Origin: Curvularia clavata
Lineage: Eukaryota
Reading direction: 5' to 3'
DNA length: 64,000 nucleotides
Assembly: GCA_023920165.1 (NCBI GenBank)
Contig: CP089281.1
Location: 806,001 to 870,000 of the forward strand
Position 1 is the stretch's first letter. Each line of letters opens with the position of its first letter. The translations under genes and the position numbers were made by a program. Positions 40,732-52,958 of this stretch are shown piece by piece. The notes under the pieces were generated by a model. It was not told where the DNA came from and did no database searches. It saw nothing but the letters and a program-made list of their open reading frames with translations.

Positions 40732-41355
40732 AGGGCAAGGTGATTGGTGGCTGGGCGGGGGTGATGATGAAGGGGCTGCAGGGTCACTGGCGGTAGCCGG
40801 TCACGTGACGGGTGCACATGCGCAGGGCGGCGGCGGCGTGGAGCATCGGGTACGGGTAGCGTCGACTGGGCGCTTCTCAGCGGCGGCACCGAAATAGAGC
40901 GGGCAGGGCACCAACAGGCGGTAACTGCAATGCACAATACAGCAGCGGCACGCGCCGGTTGTATTGGATAACTTGTTTCGAGTGGCCTGTGTTTCGTTTG
41001 GCATGTTTGTTTGCATGTGTCTATGTATGCATGCATGCATGCACGCACGTTGTCATTCATGATGGGTTTTGTTGCCTCGCCACGCCAGGCAGAGGGGCAC
41101 GAGTGGCAAGCGGCTGGCGACCGAGGGGTGTGGAATAGGGCCTACACAGCTTCTTTGTTATGAGTGTGCGTGTGTGTCTGATTGTCTAATTTTTTTATTT
41201 TATTTTTCCGCAGGCGCTGGGCAGCACCCCGTGGAGTTGGCTGTCGAGTGTGGGGTCGCTGGCAGACTAGCGGCTGCAAAAGCGGGGGAGGGCACAACGT
41301 GTGGGCCTGGACTTGGTGCGCAACGAGAGGCTCAACTCGACTCGACTGGACCGGA

Positions 41356-41382
41356 CGGCACTGGCACTGGCACTGGCACTGG
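41356..41382 (+). repeat. (GGCACT)4 hexanucleotide repeat
   Basis: ggcactggcactggcactggcactgg upstream of the C2H2 gene. Confidence 0.75.
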
Positions 41383-42409
41383 AGCCTCTCGCTCGCCCGC
41401 GCTGCGCCTCCTCTTCGCCAGCCAACCCGCCCACAACCATGGCGTCGCCTCTGCTTGCCTTCTTCACCTCCCCCGTCGAGCATAGTATACTACTGCACCT
41501 GCACCGCCCTCGCGCCCTGATAGCCCGTGCCTTGCAACCCAGGTTCCGCTCTTTCCCTCTCCATGCAGGGCAAGCCGGCCAGTCACCAACAGCCCACGAC
41601 CCCCCGCAATCAGCCTCCTCCTCCTCCTCTTCTCCAGCCAGCCCGCCCCATCCCTCGCACGTCCTGACCACAACCACGCCCACCGCGACACCAGCTCCTC
41701 GTCACCATCCATCCACGCCCGCTGAGCACCATCCCAACCGCCGTCGTCTATGCAACCCGCCCGCAGACTGCCCTCCCGCCACTCTACCTGCAAGTTGATG
41801 ACTGCCGTCGGCAGCCGTCTGCGACACCGCCTTGAGGCTGAAAGAGAGCCGTCGCACTGGCACCCTCGGGTATGTTTTTCACCGCGCAGAGCCGCTTCAT
41901 CGTCCGTCCCTTTTTTTTTTCTTAGAAAAATCCCACTTTGCATCATCTTCTCCACATATAATTCCCCAACTTGGGCTTTCCGGTTTTCGCGCCTGCCCAC
42001 CCCCCCCATGACTATCAATTCTTTTCTCCACCTGCCCATCCCTGCTTGCCCCAGTCGTCCTGCGAGCCTCCTTCGCTAGGACCCTTCTCCGCCTCCACCT
42101 CCACCTCGGCCGCGACCAAGCCTGCCCGCCTCGATACACAGCGCCCATCGCCCACCAAAATTGCTTTCCTTTTTTCCGTCTTCTATGCTTTCTGCATCGA
42201 CTCTTTCGTCGCCAGAAGAATGCACCATCTGGCCATGCTGACCCTCGCCCAGACAGCCATCCGAGACTGGTCTTGCTGTATTACTCGCTCCCATCATCGC
42301 TGCCTAGGTCTTTCCCTGGGTGCATTCGCCGAACGGTCTTTGGGATAGTTTTCCCTCGGCCCGCTCGCATCACTTTCTCATCTTTGCACTCGCTCTCTTT
42401 ATTTTCCAG

Positions 42410-44205
42410 ATGCTCAACCATAGCGACTACTACGCAGACGACGACGCAGTTTTGAAATCGCCTGGTTTAACAGCAGTTGTGGTAAAAACGACCCCATCCC
42501 CGACACCACCGCCCATTGTCACTTCATCAAATCCCTTCACAGACCGACAAGGCCCCAATTCTTCTCAGGATCAAAAGCGCCCTCATCGACACGGGTTCCG
42601 CGCACGGCCTACTCAAGGTGACCTGGTCCTCCTTCGGGAGATGGATCCGAACCGTCCGGATATTGCACAGAAAGCAAGCGAACAAGCCCTACATTGTTGC
42701 GACACCGACTCTGGCAGCGAAATGGAGGTCGAATCACCTGCTGTCGTCATGGCGTCGACCAACCTGAATGGCGCCAACTCCGCATCAGCCCGTCTTCAAT
42801 CCCTAGCCCTGCAACACTCTGTACAAGAACCCTTTGACTCGAGGCTCAACCCAAAAGCCACGGCTACTCATCGGGACTCAGTCCTCGAGGACGATTTTAA
42901 CCTTAGGCCTATTGGCTTGCTAGCAGACAGACGCCCGTCCCAGGCATCCTCTGTGCTGATAACATCAGATGGAATGCACCGCTCCTTGTCTAGCGCTTCT
43001 GCAGTCTCGAATACGTCTTTGAAACTACCAAACCAGCTTGGTGGTCAGACAAACGGGACCTCGCGAGACATCAACTCATCAACATCTCCAGGGCTCCGGC
43101 AATTGACCATCCCACAAGCAAGGGGGTTCTCCACCGACACTCTTCCAGCGCTGCAGGCTCCATCCCCTGCGCGCGATGGACCAGCCACCTCGCCGGCTCA
43201 ACAATTGCCCTCTTTCAGGCACATGGATGATATTGCACGCTCGGCCTCGAGTGACCACGAAGCAAACAGAGCCAACAGCTTCTCCCAACGACAATCGGTA
43301 TCCTCGATCGGACAGTCACCGACATCTAGAGTGCGGCAGTTGTCCATCAGCTCACACTCGCCTGCGACGCCCTTTACCTCGCTGAGCGCTTCATCACTCA
43401 ACGCCTCGTCCCCGATGAGCGCCAACGAGCCACCCCAACGCGGCGATTTGTTCCTGAGGACAGCAGGCGGGGGTGCTTTTGGAGATTCTCGGCGGCCGTC
43501 ACATGCTGCATCCGACTGCGCTCCGTATAACACACTGCATTCGGCGTCAAGTGAAAGTTACCAGAGCTCAGATGGCTTGAGTCCTGCTACACAGCCAACG
43601 CCCATTGAGCAACGTCCACGACATATGAGCTTGGACGGAGCACTGGCATCGCGAGTGCTACCGCCTCCAGTCGGCTCGGGCCTACCACCGAGCATCCCTT
43701 CGCATGCCACCGGTTCCTTCAAATGTGACCACCCAGGCTGCACGGCTGCTCCTTTCCAAACACAGTACCTTTTGAAGTGAGTATTCGGCTGTGACATCAC
43801 ATACCTGGCATACATGCTAACAATAGTAGTTCGCATACAAATGTGCATTCGTCCAACCGTCCACACTATTGTCCTGTCAAAGACTGCCCCAGGGGTGAGG
43901 GCGGCAAAGGCTTCAAGAGAAAAAATGAGATGATAAGACATGGTCTTGTGCACCAATCGCCAGGCTATGTGTGTCCCTTCTGCCCAGACCGCGAACACAA
44001 GTACCCTAGGCCAGATAATCTGCAAAGGTGAGTTGGTTGGAGTAGAACTTGTGACGTGCTAGGCTCACGTAATGACTACAGGCATGTACGCGTCCATCAC
44101 CCCGACAAAGATAAAGACGATCCTCAACTCCGCGATGTGCTCGCTCAACGTCCTGAAGGTGGTAGTCGTGGACGCAGGAGGCGTGTGAGCGACTCGGGGC
44201 ATTGA
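42410..44205 (+). CDS. C2H2 zinc-finger transcription factor (three C-terminal fingers)
   Basis: CDHPGC...LLNSHTNVH, CPVKDC...EMIRHGLVH, CPFC...NLQRHVRVHH. Introns 43777-43829 and 44028-44081. A possible extra upstream exon lies at 41798-41869. Confidence 0.88.
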
Positions 44206-44872
44206 TGCGCACCATGCTATGAAGTTGACATGACTGTTTTCTTTTTCAACGCCGCGCTACTCCCCGACGTGCCACACGCTGTGCCTCTCCACTTCCTTGT
44301 CGTACTCTTCCATTTCAACCATCAGCGATTATTTTCTCTAGCGAGGTTTTTTTTGTCGGAGGTATTCTAGTCACTATACACACTCACGAGGCAAACGAAG
44401 GTGGGCGGACTCTTTGTTAGTTTTCTCGGTATCTGTGTTTTTCCCTTCAAAGCGGGGAATGATATGTGTGCCTCATACCATTATGTTTGTAATCCCAAAT
44501 TCACAAGGAGGGACTTTTAGGTCTCGGGCTTTTCGGTGCTTCTGTTGAGCAAAGAGAGACATGATGTATATTCTCTTTTTACGTGGAACGAAAGTAATGA
44601 AAAATAATAATTTAGACTTGAATCTAAATGATGGTAATGACGGTATTTTAAAAAAGTGTATATATATCTCCTTCCTCTACGCGTTTTTATCTATCCTTGG
44701 TCCGTTTGCAAGGTAGACTAAGCAACTGTACACAATACTACCTGACTACCTAACCTAAGATGAGCATCGTTAATCCCAGAGTTCGGGGCATTCACTTCCT
44801 GATCCCCCTTTCGGTCCCTCTACTTTTGTACAAATCTTTTTCTTCGCCCTACCTACCTCCTTTTCTTCCTAA

Positions 44873-44893
44873 CCCCCCCCCCCCCCCCCCCCC
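44873..44893 (+). repeat. Poly-C homopolymer (21 nt)
   Basis: Run of 21 C read directly. Confidence 0.85.
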
Positions 44894-47192
44894 TTCCTTC
44901 TCCCCACGTGACTATCTCATCCACCAACGCCTTCACACCTAAGCGCCCCCTTGGTTTCAAACTCAAAATCCATGTGGAGCACACAAAAGAGATCCCCCAT
45001 CTCACTTCATCTACTTGTACATTTGTCAAAGCGTCCTCCGATGCGGCGACGGCGAAAGGCGACGGCGGATCAGCGGCTCGGGTGGATGGGGTAGTATAAC
45101 TAAAGGGCCCCACATTACTCTTATCTACAAGGTAAGAGCAATCTTCTACCAAGTTGGGAATGGAACAGAACCATGCGATTTGGGGGGTTTTGAGTTTTTT
45201 GAAAAATGCCACTAACTAAATATAAATATTGTGTTTGGATTCAATTTTTTCCATTGGTGGATTAAGATGTGAGCTGCGGTACGGAGTAATAGGGCAGAGA
45301 GGTATGTTTAAAAAAAATAGAATGATTGGGGGGAAAGATTAGAGCAGTTGGGGATTTTTTGATTCTTTTTTTCCTTTTTCATATCTACTGAGTCTACACT
45401 TTACTGTTTCTTAATTGTATTAGAGATTAAAAAAAGATTGTTGGGCACTGCGTACTTTGAAAATAAGAGAGAAATATACATATATATATAAACGCGGCAT
45501 TCCTTCCTTCCTTTGGTTGTGTAGCGGGGCTTTTATCAGGTACATTGGACCTTTTTTGTAACATCTCTAGTGTGCAACCCCACCTCCAAAAAAACAAAGC
45601 CTCCCCTTTCCCTCTCTCTTTTTTTTTCCGGCTACACATGCACGCGGCAGTTGGAGGTGGCCCGTGTCTATGTGCGTGCACTGTTGGAGGCTTCTGCCGG
45701 CGCCGATGGCCCAAGTTGCTGGAATCAAGCCAGATATCAAGGCGATCGGGATGGCTGATTGGATGGGATGAGGGGGGGTTCGGGCCGTTTTTATTTTCTG
45801 ATATAAGGAGATGTACCGTATCTGGGGACTCGAGGATTGAGGGTGATAATGAGTAAAAGGGAAGATTAGAGAGATTGCTATGCGGTCGTCGGTTTAGATG
45901 GGGAGATGTGTGGTACGAAAGTGAAGGGCGGATGTCGTTTCGAGAGGAGTTGCCAAGGAGGAGAATAGAAAAGAGAGGATGGGGCGGGTAGATGGGATAG
46001 GAGGATAAATGGTGTGTTGAGTTGGAACATATAATGAGGAAGGATTAGTCTACAGGACAGTTCTGGGCAAGGAACTGGCAAGTTGGCAGGTTGAGGGTTT
46101 GGATTAGTTATGTATAGCAGTGGACTGAAAAATAAACGAAAGGATTTCAACCCCCCTGACTTGGTGTAAAGTTACCTGAATGTGTTTGGATACCAATTCT
46201 TTTTATACTGGTTGCATTGTGTTCTTTTTCTCACTGTTGTTTGCTTGATTGGATTGAGAAAACGGCCATTTACTTAATTGGCAGGATAGGCTAGACGAGA
46301 AAATCCTATGTGCTAGTATAGCCACTGGACGAATTTGGGGAGAATACTCAACGTGTTTTTTTTTTTGAAAAAGGAAAAACTCAAACAGCATACCAACATA
46401 AGATTGGGGTTAGTAAATTTAAGAGACAATCACGCAGGAATTGGATTTTTAACAATACACAGGAACTGAATCAATAACAATCAGACAACTGCTCCACATG
46501 GCTCGTCACTAGATAGCCCAGTTAGTATATATGATGTCCAAAATTGTCAATGAACGCTGCGCAACGCTGGGTATTTTTCAAGAAAAGCAGTGGGAGGAGA
46601 CACAATCACCAGGACTTTAACTATTACGTATATCGCCTTACCTGAAATGAAATCTTGTTCTGCGTCGAAAGTGGCGAAATACTGCCATGACATCATTGGT
46701 AGTCATTGTATGGACCCATTTGTTTGTCAGAAAGTGTTACGACCAGTCTTGGCAGAAGTAATGTAGCTACGCCTCGGAGTATGAGGAAGCCACAACATAC
46801 GTACTGGATTTCTCAGAACTCTCCGCGGATATTAATTATGATTCGTTCGTTCTTTACCGTTGTTATTGCATCAGGCAATACATCCAAGGACTTACTGCTC
46901 CGCTTCTGCACCTTGCACGTCAGCCCCCAGCCACACGACCTATAGCAGGCACTACAGCACTGCCTCAACAAGACGCAATCAGGAGTATTGTTTCAAGTGC
47001 TGCATTGGTTGCGTCGTGGGATGTGTACCCTTGAATAGTAGTGATACCAGTGTCACGGAACTTGGTCGTCATAGTTGCCTCACCAAACGCCATCACTATG
47101 ATGTACCATCAGCCATCTAGACTTGGTATATCACTCAAACAGTGCTCAGCTCAGATTTGAGACGCTTTCAACCCATCTCACAAACATCAATC

Positions 47193-48766
47193 ATGAGTAC
47201 GCAAAACGTTATCGTCGTGCCAGTAGAAGGTGGTGCTGGCCACCAGCCTGGCCAAGACAGAACCGAGAGTAAGTGAAAAGCACCAGCTGAAAGCGTGCGT
47301 CATGGTTGCTGACAAGGTGTCTCCAATTTAGTTGCCTCGACAATTCAGCAAGCTTTGCATGAAAAAGCACATCCGAAGAAGGAGGAGCCCGGACCTTTCA
47401 AACAGATTATAGGTGCGAGATGCCACCCACACATGGCAAGAAATTGATACTAATGTGCTGCAGCTAATCAAGAGTCGCTCTATCAATACATCAATGTGGG
47501 TTCATCATTTTAAATTGTATTATATACAGTTCCTGATATATTCTCGCAGTGGAACGACCCCGTCCGTACTCTGGGCTCATACGTCGGCGTGCTCAGTCTC
47601 CTGTTCGGTGCACACTACCTTCCCCTTACTCAGATGGTGCTCAAAGGAGGAGTGACCGCTCTTGGATGTAAGTGGCAGTATGCAAACTATTTTCTTTAGG
47701 TACAACGCTGACCTGAGGCTACTAGTGGTGTCAGTGACTGAATCCGCCAGCCGGATGCTGGGCAATCGCTCTTTGTCCGCTCAGTTGCGACCCAGGGAGT
47801 ACAAAACATTCCCCGAGTCGACTCTCAATGCTACTCTCAAGGATATTCATGACTTTGTTCAGTATGCTGCTGTCCAAGTCCAGAGAATCGTATTTGGTCA
47901 GGATTTGCAAAAGACTTTTATTGTAAGTTGTCCCGCTGGCTATGCCATAGATGCACTCTGAACTGACCATTTCACAGTCCTTTCTCAGCCTGACTACTTT
48001 GTACTGGCTCGTAAAAGCTGTCCCTCCTTTCTGGCTAGCCGTAATGGCCCTGACCTCCGTCTACGCCGCTCCTCTCCTCGCCTCACCCCGAGGCCGTGAA
48101 GTCATCCGCGACGCAGGCACACAAGCTCAGGAACTTGCCAGCACAGCTACCCAAAAAGGACGTATGGCTGCCCAAGACGCCAGTGCCAATGCTCAAAAAC
48201 TCGCCAACGCCGCGACTGAAACCGGGCGCGCAGCTATCAACGATGCCAGCGCACGCGTCGGATCTCTGGCAAATAGCACAAAGGAGACTGGGCGAGCTGC
48301 TGCCAACAGCGTAACCTCCGGTGCGCAGAACGTAGCTAACCAAAGCAACGATCTCGCTCAAAAGGGTAAAAACACAGCGTCCAGTCTGTCTGAGCAAGCT
48401 AAGAACACCGCATCCCAAGCCTCTGAATCCGTCACTAGCAGCGTCAAATCCGCTCAGCAAATGGGCACCAATTCCGTACAGAAGACCGTCAACACTGTGA
48501 CCACCAACAACGCCTCTTCCTCCAGCAACAACAACAACACCAGAGCTCCAGTCCGCGGCCCCGAAGGCGATCGCGCGACTCCCCGTGGTACAGCTAATCA
48601 TGATACTCGCCAGCACCACAGCGCAGCAGCATCGTCTAACCCAGGTTTTACGGGTGCCGCGGTAACAGATACCAACACGCATCATCCGGCAGTCATGTAC
48701 ACGACTGCGCGCGATGAGGCGGTTGAGAGGGGTGTGCTGGATAGGTCAAGGGGGGTGGCAGTATGA
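47193..48766 (+). CDS. Reticulon-like protein with low-complexity amphipathic C-terminal repeats
   Basis: Six exons; introns 47269-47331, 47413-47463, 47496-47549, 47668-47725 and 47923-47977. Motif LYQYINWNDPVRTLGSY plus two long hydrophobic hairpins. Confidence 0.75.
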
Positions 48767-49682
48767 GGAGAGGATATTGCCGTGGGCTTTGATGAGGACT
48801 TGACATGTTTCATTGAAGGTGATTCAGTCGCTCTTGTACTGGGGACTGTACTCGGAGTTTTTGTAAGATAGGGTTATTGGGAGGGAGGTGATGTTGTTAT
48901 GATTGAACGAACTTGTATCATTAACTGCTGTGGAGTATGGTTGTAATTTATTATGGGATTTGCTCTCGGGACCGATTCAAAGAAATCACGTAACGAGTTG
49001 TGTTTTGAACATAGTGAGGTGTTTTTGAATCTTCTAGTTCATGGAATGTGCAAATATGTGGTTTGGAGAAATGTGGTATAGTGAAGAGGAGGCAGCGAAG
49101 TTCCATCGGGTTGACAAGCACCTACCGGATCTCCGCGGCCACTGGCATGTCGCATGTCCAGCTTGTAGATGCTGAGGATCAGCCCACGATTCATGGTTTC
49201 CTTTGAACGGGAAGACTTAGTCCAGCTTCCGCGAAATCGCTTACGGTTGGAAAATATTACAAACTGATCAACACCACCTACAATGCAAAGCAGAATTTGG
49301 AGGGTATTATGATTGAATGAGTAGAATATGTACCTAAGACACAGATCAGGTTCATGTACGAAGTATGTAGTCTGAGTTGTTCTTCTATGTAATTAACTCG
49401 ATAGCTTAGCCATACAGCATAATGCATACTGGTAGTACTAGAATTAGCCAGTAAGCAATCTCACTCCCAGTAAGTACTCCCACTCGAAATCTGGGTTATG
49501 CCATCATATGTGTCCTGTATTAATTGAATTTTCATTGGTAATGGAACTACTGGTATCAATCATGCTTAAACCATGTGTAATTTTCATTTCGTTCTTCACG
49601 CATGCATCTGATTCCAGGCGGACGTGAAACCGATTTACGAAGTCTCAGATGTGTACCCGAATATCATGAGTCGTCGGCTTTC

Positions 49683-52600
49683 TTAAATCTTGGTCCATTT
49701 GAGTAGCATCCCAGCTGCAACCACTGGCAGCACACTGACGAGCTCACCCAGCCCGGCGAACTCAGGTGGAATTCTTGCATGGACAAACGCTCCAGCCGCA
49801 AGCAAGATGGCGAAGGTATTATAAACGAAACTCCATCCAAAATTAAACCAAATGCGATGAGTCGATTTTCGACTGACTTTTATGGCGGTAAGTACGCCGG
49901 CAATACTTGGACGCATGAGAACAACGTCTGCCGCAGATTTGGCTACGTCGGTTCCTTCATTCATGTGTACGCCAATCGAGGCTTGGGCAAGGGCAACTGC
50001 ATCGTTGGTTCCATCTCCGCAGAACATGACGACTGGTTTTTCGCTGGGCTTCTTAGATCTCCGCGAGTCTGGGGCGGCGAAAAGCTCGTTGATGTAGTCT
50101 CGCTTCTCTGTCGGGGTGCAGCGGGATCGAACATTCGAAGCAGGAATACCAAGCTGAGTTGTGACTGCCAGAACTGCGCCTTCATCATCCCCGGAAAGGA
50201 CATGGACTGTGATACCATCTTTTTGTAGTTGGGTGATGGTCTGCAATGTATCGTCTCGAAGGGAGTCTTTGAGGCCAAACACGGCAGCGAGTTCACCATC
50301 GATAGTGAAACAGAAAGCAGTCAGACCTGGAGAGAGCATGGCCTGAACAGCAGTGTTTTCCGAGAGGCCGAGCCATCTGGAATTGCCCGCACGGAGACTA
50401 CGACCGGCAAAAGCACCCTCAATGCCTTTACCGACTAAATGTTTCGGGTCGGACACAGTCGTAGCAGCGACACCTTCGGCCTTGAGGTAATTTGCAACTG
50501 CAGCGGAAACTGGGTGTTTGCTGCTGCTGATCAACCCTAAAAGCAACGCTTTTGTGCTGGCCGAGGAGTTCAGGTATTCTTCTTGAGAAATGGTAAGTCT
50601 CCCTTGAGTCAGTGTACCCGTTTTGTCAAAAACAACATGAGCCGTCTTCCAGGCAGTTTCGATAGCGTCTGCAGACTTGAAGATAACGCCCCTCTCAGCA
50701 GCAACACCTGTCGATACGACTATCACCATTGGTACTGCGAGGCCAATGGCGCATGGGCATGATACGATCAAGACGGTGATGGCGTAGGTGATGGCTTGTA
50801 CCGTGGCCTCGGAAGCTGGTTTCTTTTGCACTGCGGTGCCAACAGCCATCCAAATGCAGAACACAATGACGGTGATGGAGATGACAACAGGCACAAAATA
50901 TGCTGCTACCCGATCCGCAATCTCTTGAATCTTGGGCTTAGATAGTTTGGCCTCGTCGACCATACTCGCGATAGTGCTAATGGTATTATCTCCAGGAACC
51001 CGAGTAAGCCGAACAGTTAGAACTCCTGACCCATTGATAGACCCAGCAATAACTGATGACCCTTTCGACTTCTCAACTGGCCTCGACTCGCCCGTGAGCA
51101 TGGACTCGTCGATCTCAGAAACGCCTGATATGACAGTTCCATCGGTAGGTATTCGCGAATCTGGTGATACTCTGAAAACGTCACCATACTGAAGTAGTCT
51201 TGCGTCAATAACCTCGTCCGCGTCGTCGATGCCCGACCGAACTAGCGTTGCAGAACTTGTTTGCAGAGAACGGATAGAAATCGACTCAACCGCTTTCTGA
51301 CGAGCAAGAGCAGCGATGAATCGACCAACCATGATGAGTGTGACTAGCAATGTACTCGTTTCGAAAAACTCGCCAGTCGATAGCGGCTTGTGATGAACGA
51401 GATAGCCAAACGCTACGACTGAGAAGATGTAGGCGGCACTTGTACTCAGAACAATAAGAAGGTCCATTTCAATCACCCTCGAGAAGATCAAGGCTTTGAG
51501 AGCTTTGGGATAAAATGGCCCAGCAACTACAACTTGGATGACAGTTGCGAATGCCAATGATATAGACCCGAATGTAATCTCCTTCTGGTCTTTGTTGGGA
51601 AGTGGTGCCCATGCTAGGACCAATACGGGAATTGTCAGAAGGATGGACAACAGTGTCATGTACCCTACATGACGGACATGTCGAGCACCGGCATCCAAAG
51701 TAGGATCAGCACTAGGCGAAGCCAGTGACATGGGGGTTGGCCAGCCCTTTTCGACGAGATCACGCGCCCCGATAACTTTTGCGTCGAAATCAACCCGAAT
51801 GGTTCTTTTGTCAACCACTCTGACTTCAATGACTCCGTTAGGCCAATCGCCCTTGACGATATCAGTGCTGTCGCCGGTGCAGATAAGGTCCAGACTAGAG
51901 CCTTGGTTTGTAATGCGCTCACATTTGAACTCGGTTGTTCTCTCTAAATGTTTAATGATTTCAGCTACAGATTGAGTGTGGGTGTCGAGATCGAATTCGG
52001 CGCGAGAAAGCACAAGGCTGGTCTTGAGTTTTGTGATCGATGGAAGTGTAGCTAGTGTGCGCGATAGCTTAGTCTCGCAACCAGTGCAAGTCATGCCTGA
52101 GATGCTGAGGATAACATGTTCCTTTGCTGCGAGACCCTTTTCGAGATCGTCGACCCGCGCCGTGGTTGATTGGACTTCTTTTATGTCTTGCAGTATGCCT
52201 GTCTTTGTATCCATACAACAGGTGTCCGCACCTGGCTCTTTGCTCTCACAGCAAGTGTCGGTACCTTGTGGAGGCTTTTCATCGCTGCAGCAAGTTTCAG
52301 TGCAGGAAGACTTTTTGATCGAGGCACCAGCTTCTTTAGCTTTGGGTGCGCAACAAGAGTCGGCTGAGACAGAAGATACAACTGAAACACAAGATCCTGA
52401 GGGCCTCTCCAAGGAAGGTCGTCGCAATCTCGAACAGCATGAATCTTGACCAGGAGCAAGCGTATCAACGGTAGGAGAGGGTTTGTCCCCACAACACTTT
52501 GTGGCCTTGATCGAATCGACTTTGTCGGTGTTGGAGGAGCAGTGGCTATCCTCGTCTGGTACATCTCCGGCTTGGTTCTCACAACAATCGTCCTGACAAC

Positions 52601-52736
52601 CAGCGGCAGAGTTGTAGTTTGTCTTTAGTTCGGCATTGGAACAGCTGTCTGTGTCATCGTTGGCTGGTTTCTGGGCCGAAGTGTGAGTGGCAGGAGGCGA
52701 TTGTTGGGGGCTACAACATCCGGAGCTGCAAGCCAT
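49683..52736 (-). CDS. PCA1: P1B-type heavy-metal-translocating ATPase, Pca1-like (Cd/Cu efflux)
   Basis: Intronless. Cys-rich N-terminus, HMA GMTCTGC, TGES, CPC, DKTGT, HP, GDGTND. C-terminal IPPEFAGLGELVSVLPV resembles yeast Pca1 as I recall it. Confidence 0.9.
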   Translation of the reverse strand: MACSSGCCSPQQSPPATHTSAQKPANDDTDSCSNAELKTNYNSAAGCQDDCCENQAGDVPDEDSHCSSNTDKVDSIKATKCCGDKPSPTVDTLAPGQDSCCSRLRRPSLERPSGSCVSVVSSVSADSCCAPKAKEAGASIKKSSCTETCCSDEKPPQGTDTCCESKEPGADTCCMDTKTGILQDIKEVQSTTARVDDLEKGLAAKEHVILSISGMTCTGCETKLSRTLATLPSITKLKTSLVLSRAEFDLDTHTQSVAEIIKHLERTTEFKCERITNQGSSLDLICTGDSTDIVKGDWPNGVIEVRVVDKRTIRVDFDAKVIGARDLVEKGWPTPMSLASPSADPTLDAGARHVRHVGYMTLLSILLTIPVLVLAWAPLPNKDQKEITFGSISLAFATVIQVVVAGPFYPKALKALIFSRVIEMDLLIVLSTSAAYIFSVVAFGYLVHHKPLSTGEFFETSTLLVTLIMVGRFIAALARQKAVESISIRSLQTSSATLVRSGIDDADEVIDARLLQYGDVFRVSPDSRIPTDGTVISGVSEIDESMLTGESRPVEKSKGSSVIAGSINGSGVLTVRLTRVPGDNTISTIASMVDEAKLSKPKIQEIADRVAAYFVPVVISITVIVFCIWMAVGTAVQKKPASEATVQAITYAITVLIVSCPCAIGLAVPMVIVVSTGVAAERGVIFKSADAIETAWKTAHVVFDKTGTLTQGRLTISQEEYLNSSASTKALLLGLISSSKHPVSAAVANYLKAEGVAATTVSDPKHLVGKGIEGAFAGRSLRAGNSRWLGLSENTAVQAMLSPGLTAFCFTIDGELAAVFGLKDSLRDDTLQTITQLQKDGITVHVLSGDDEGAVLAVTTQLGIPASNVRSRCTPTEKRDYINELFAAPDSRRSKKPSEKPVVMFCGDGTNDAVALAQASIGVHMNEGTDVAKSAADVVLMRPSIAGVLTAIKVSRKSTHRIWFNFGWSFVYNTFAILLAAGAFVHARIPPEFAGLGELVSVLPVVAAGMLLKWTKI

Positions 52737-52958
52737 GGCTGAAATTTGGATGAATGGTTTCAGCAATCCAAGATTTGGTGTATGGAGAAGTTTCCGCCGG
52801 AGGAATCAAACTGCCTTCAGAAGGTGGGCATGGGACAGGACCGCCTGCTTTTTATCATCGCGATACATGTGCTGTAGGTAGGTATAGAGTCCGTGCACTA
52901 TCATTCTGGTCATGGAAACCAACGAGTGAAAGCCAATGATATGCTTTGCATGGCTCAA

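Noticed and set aside
40800..40809. Perfect GTCACGTGAC palindrome (bHLH/Cbf1-like)
   Set aside because: A single site just after the AGC1 stop; its target gene and function cannot be supported.
40900..41800. Overlapping GC-rich ORFs of 110-190 aa on both strands
   Set aside because: Low-complexity translations typical of a GC-rich promoter or 5' UTR with microsatellites.
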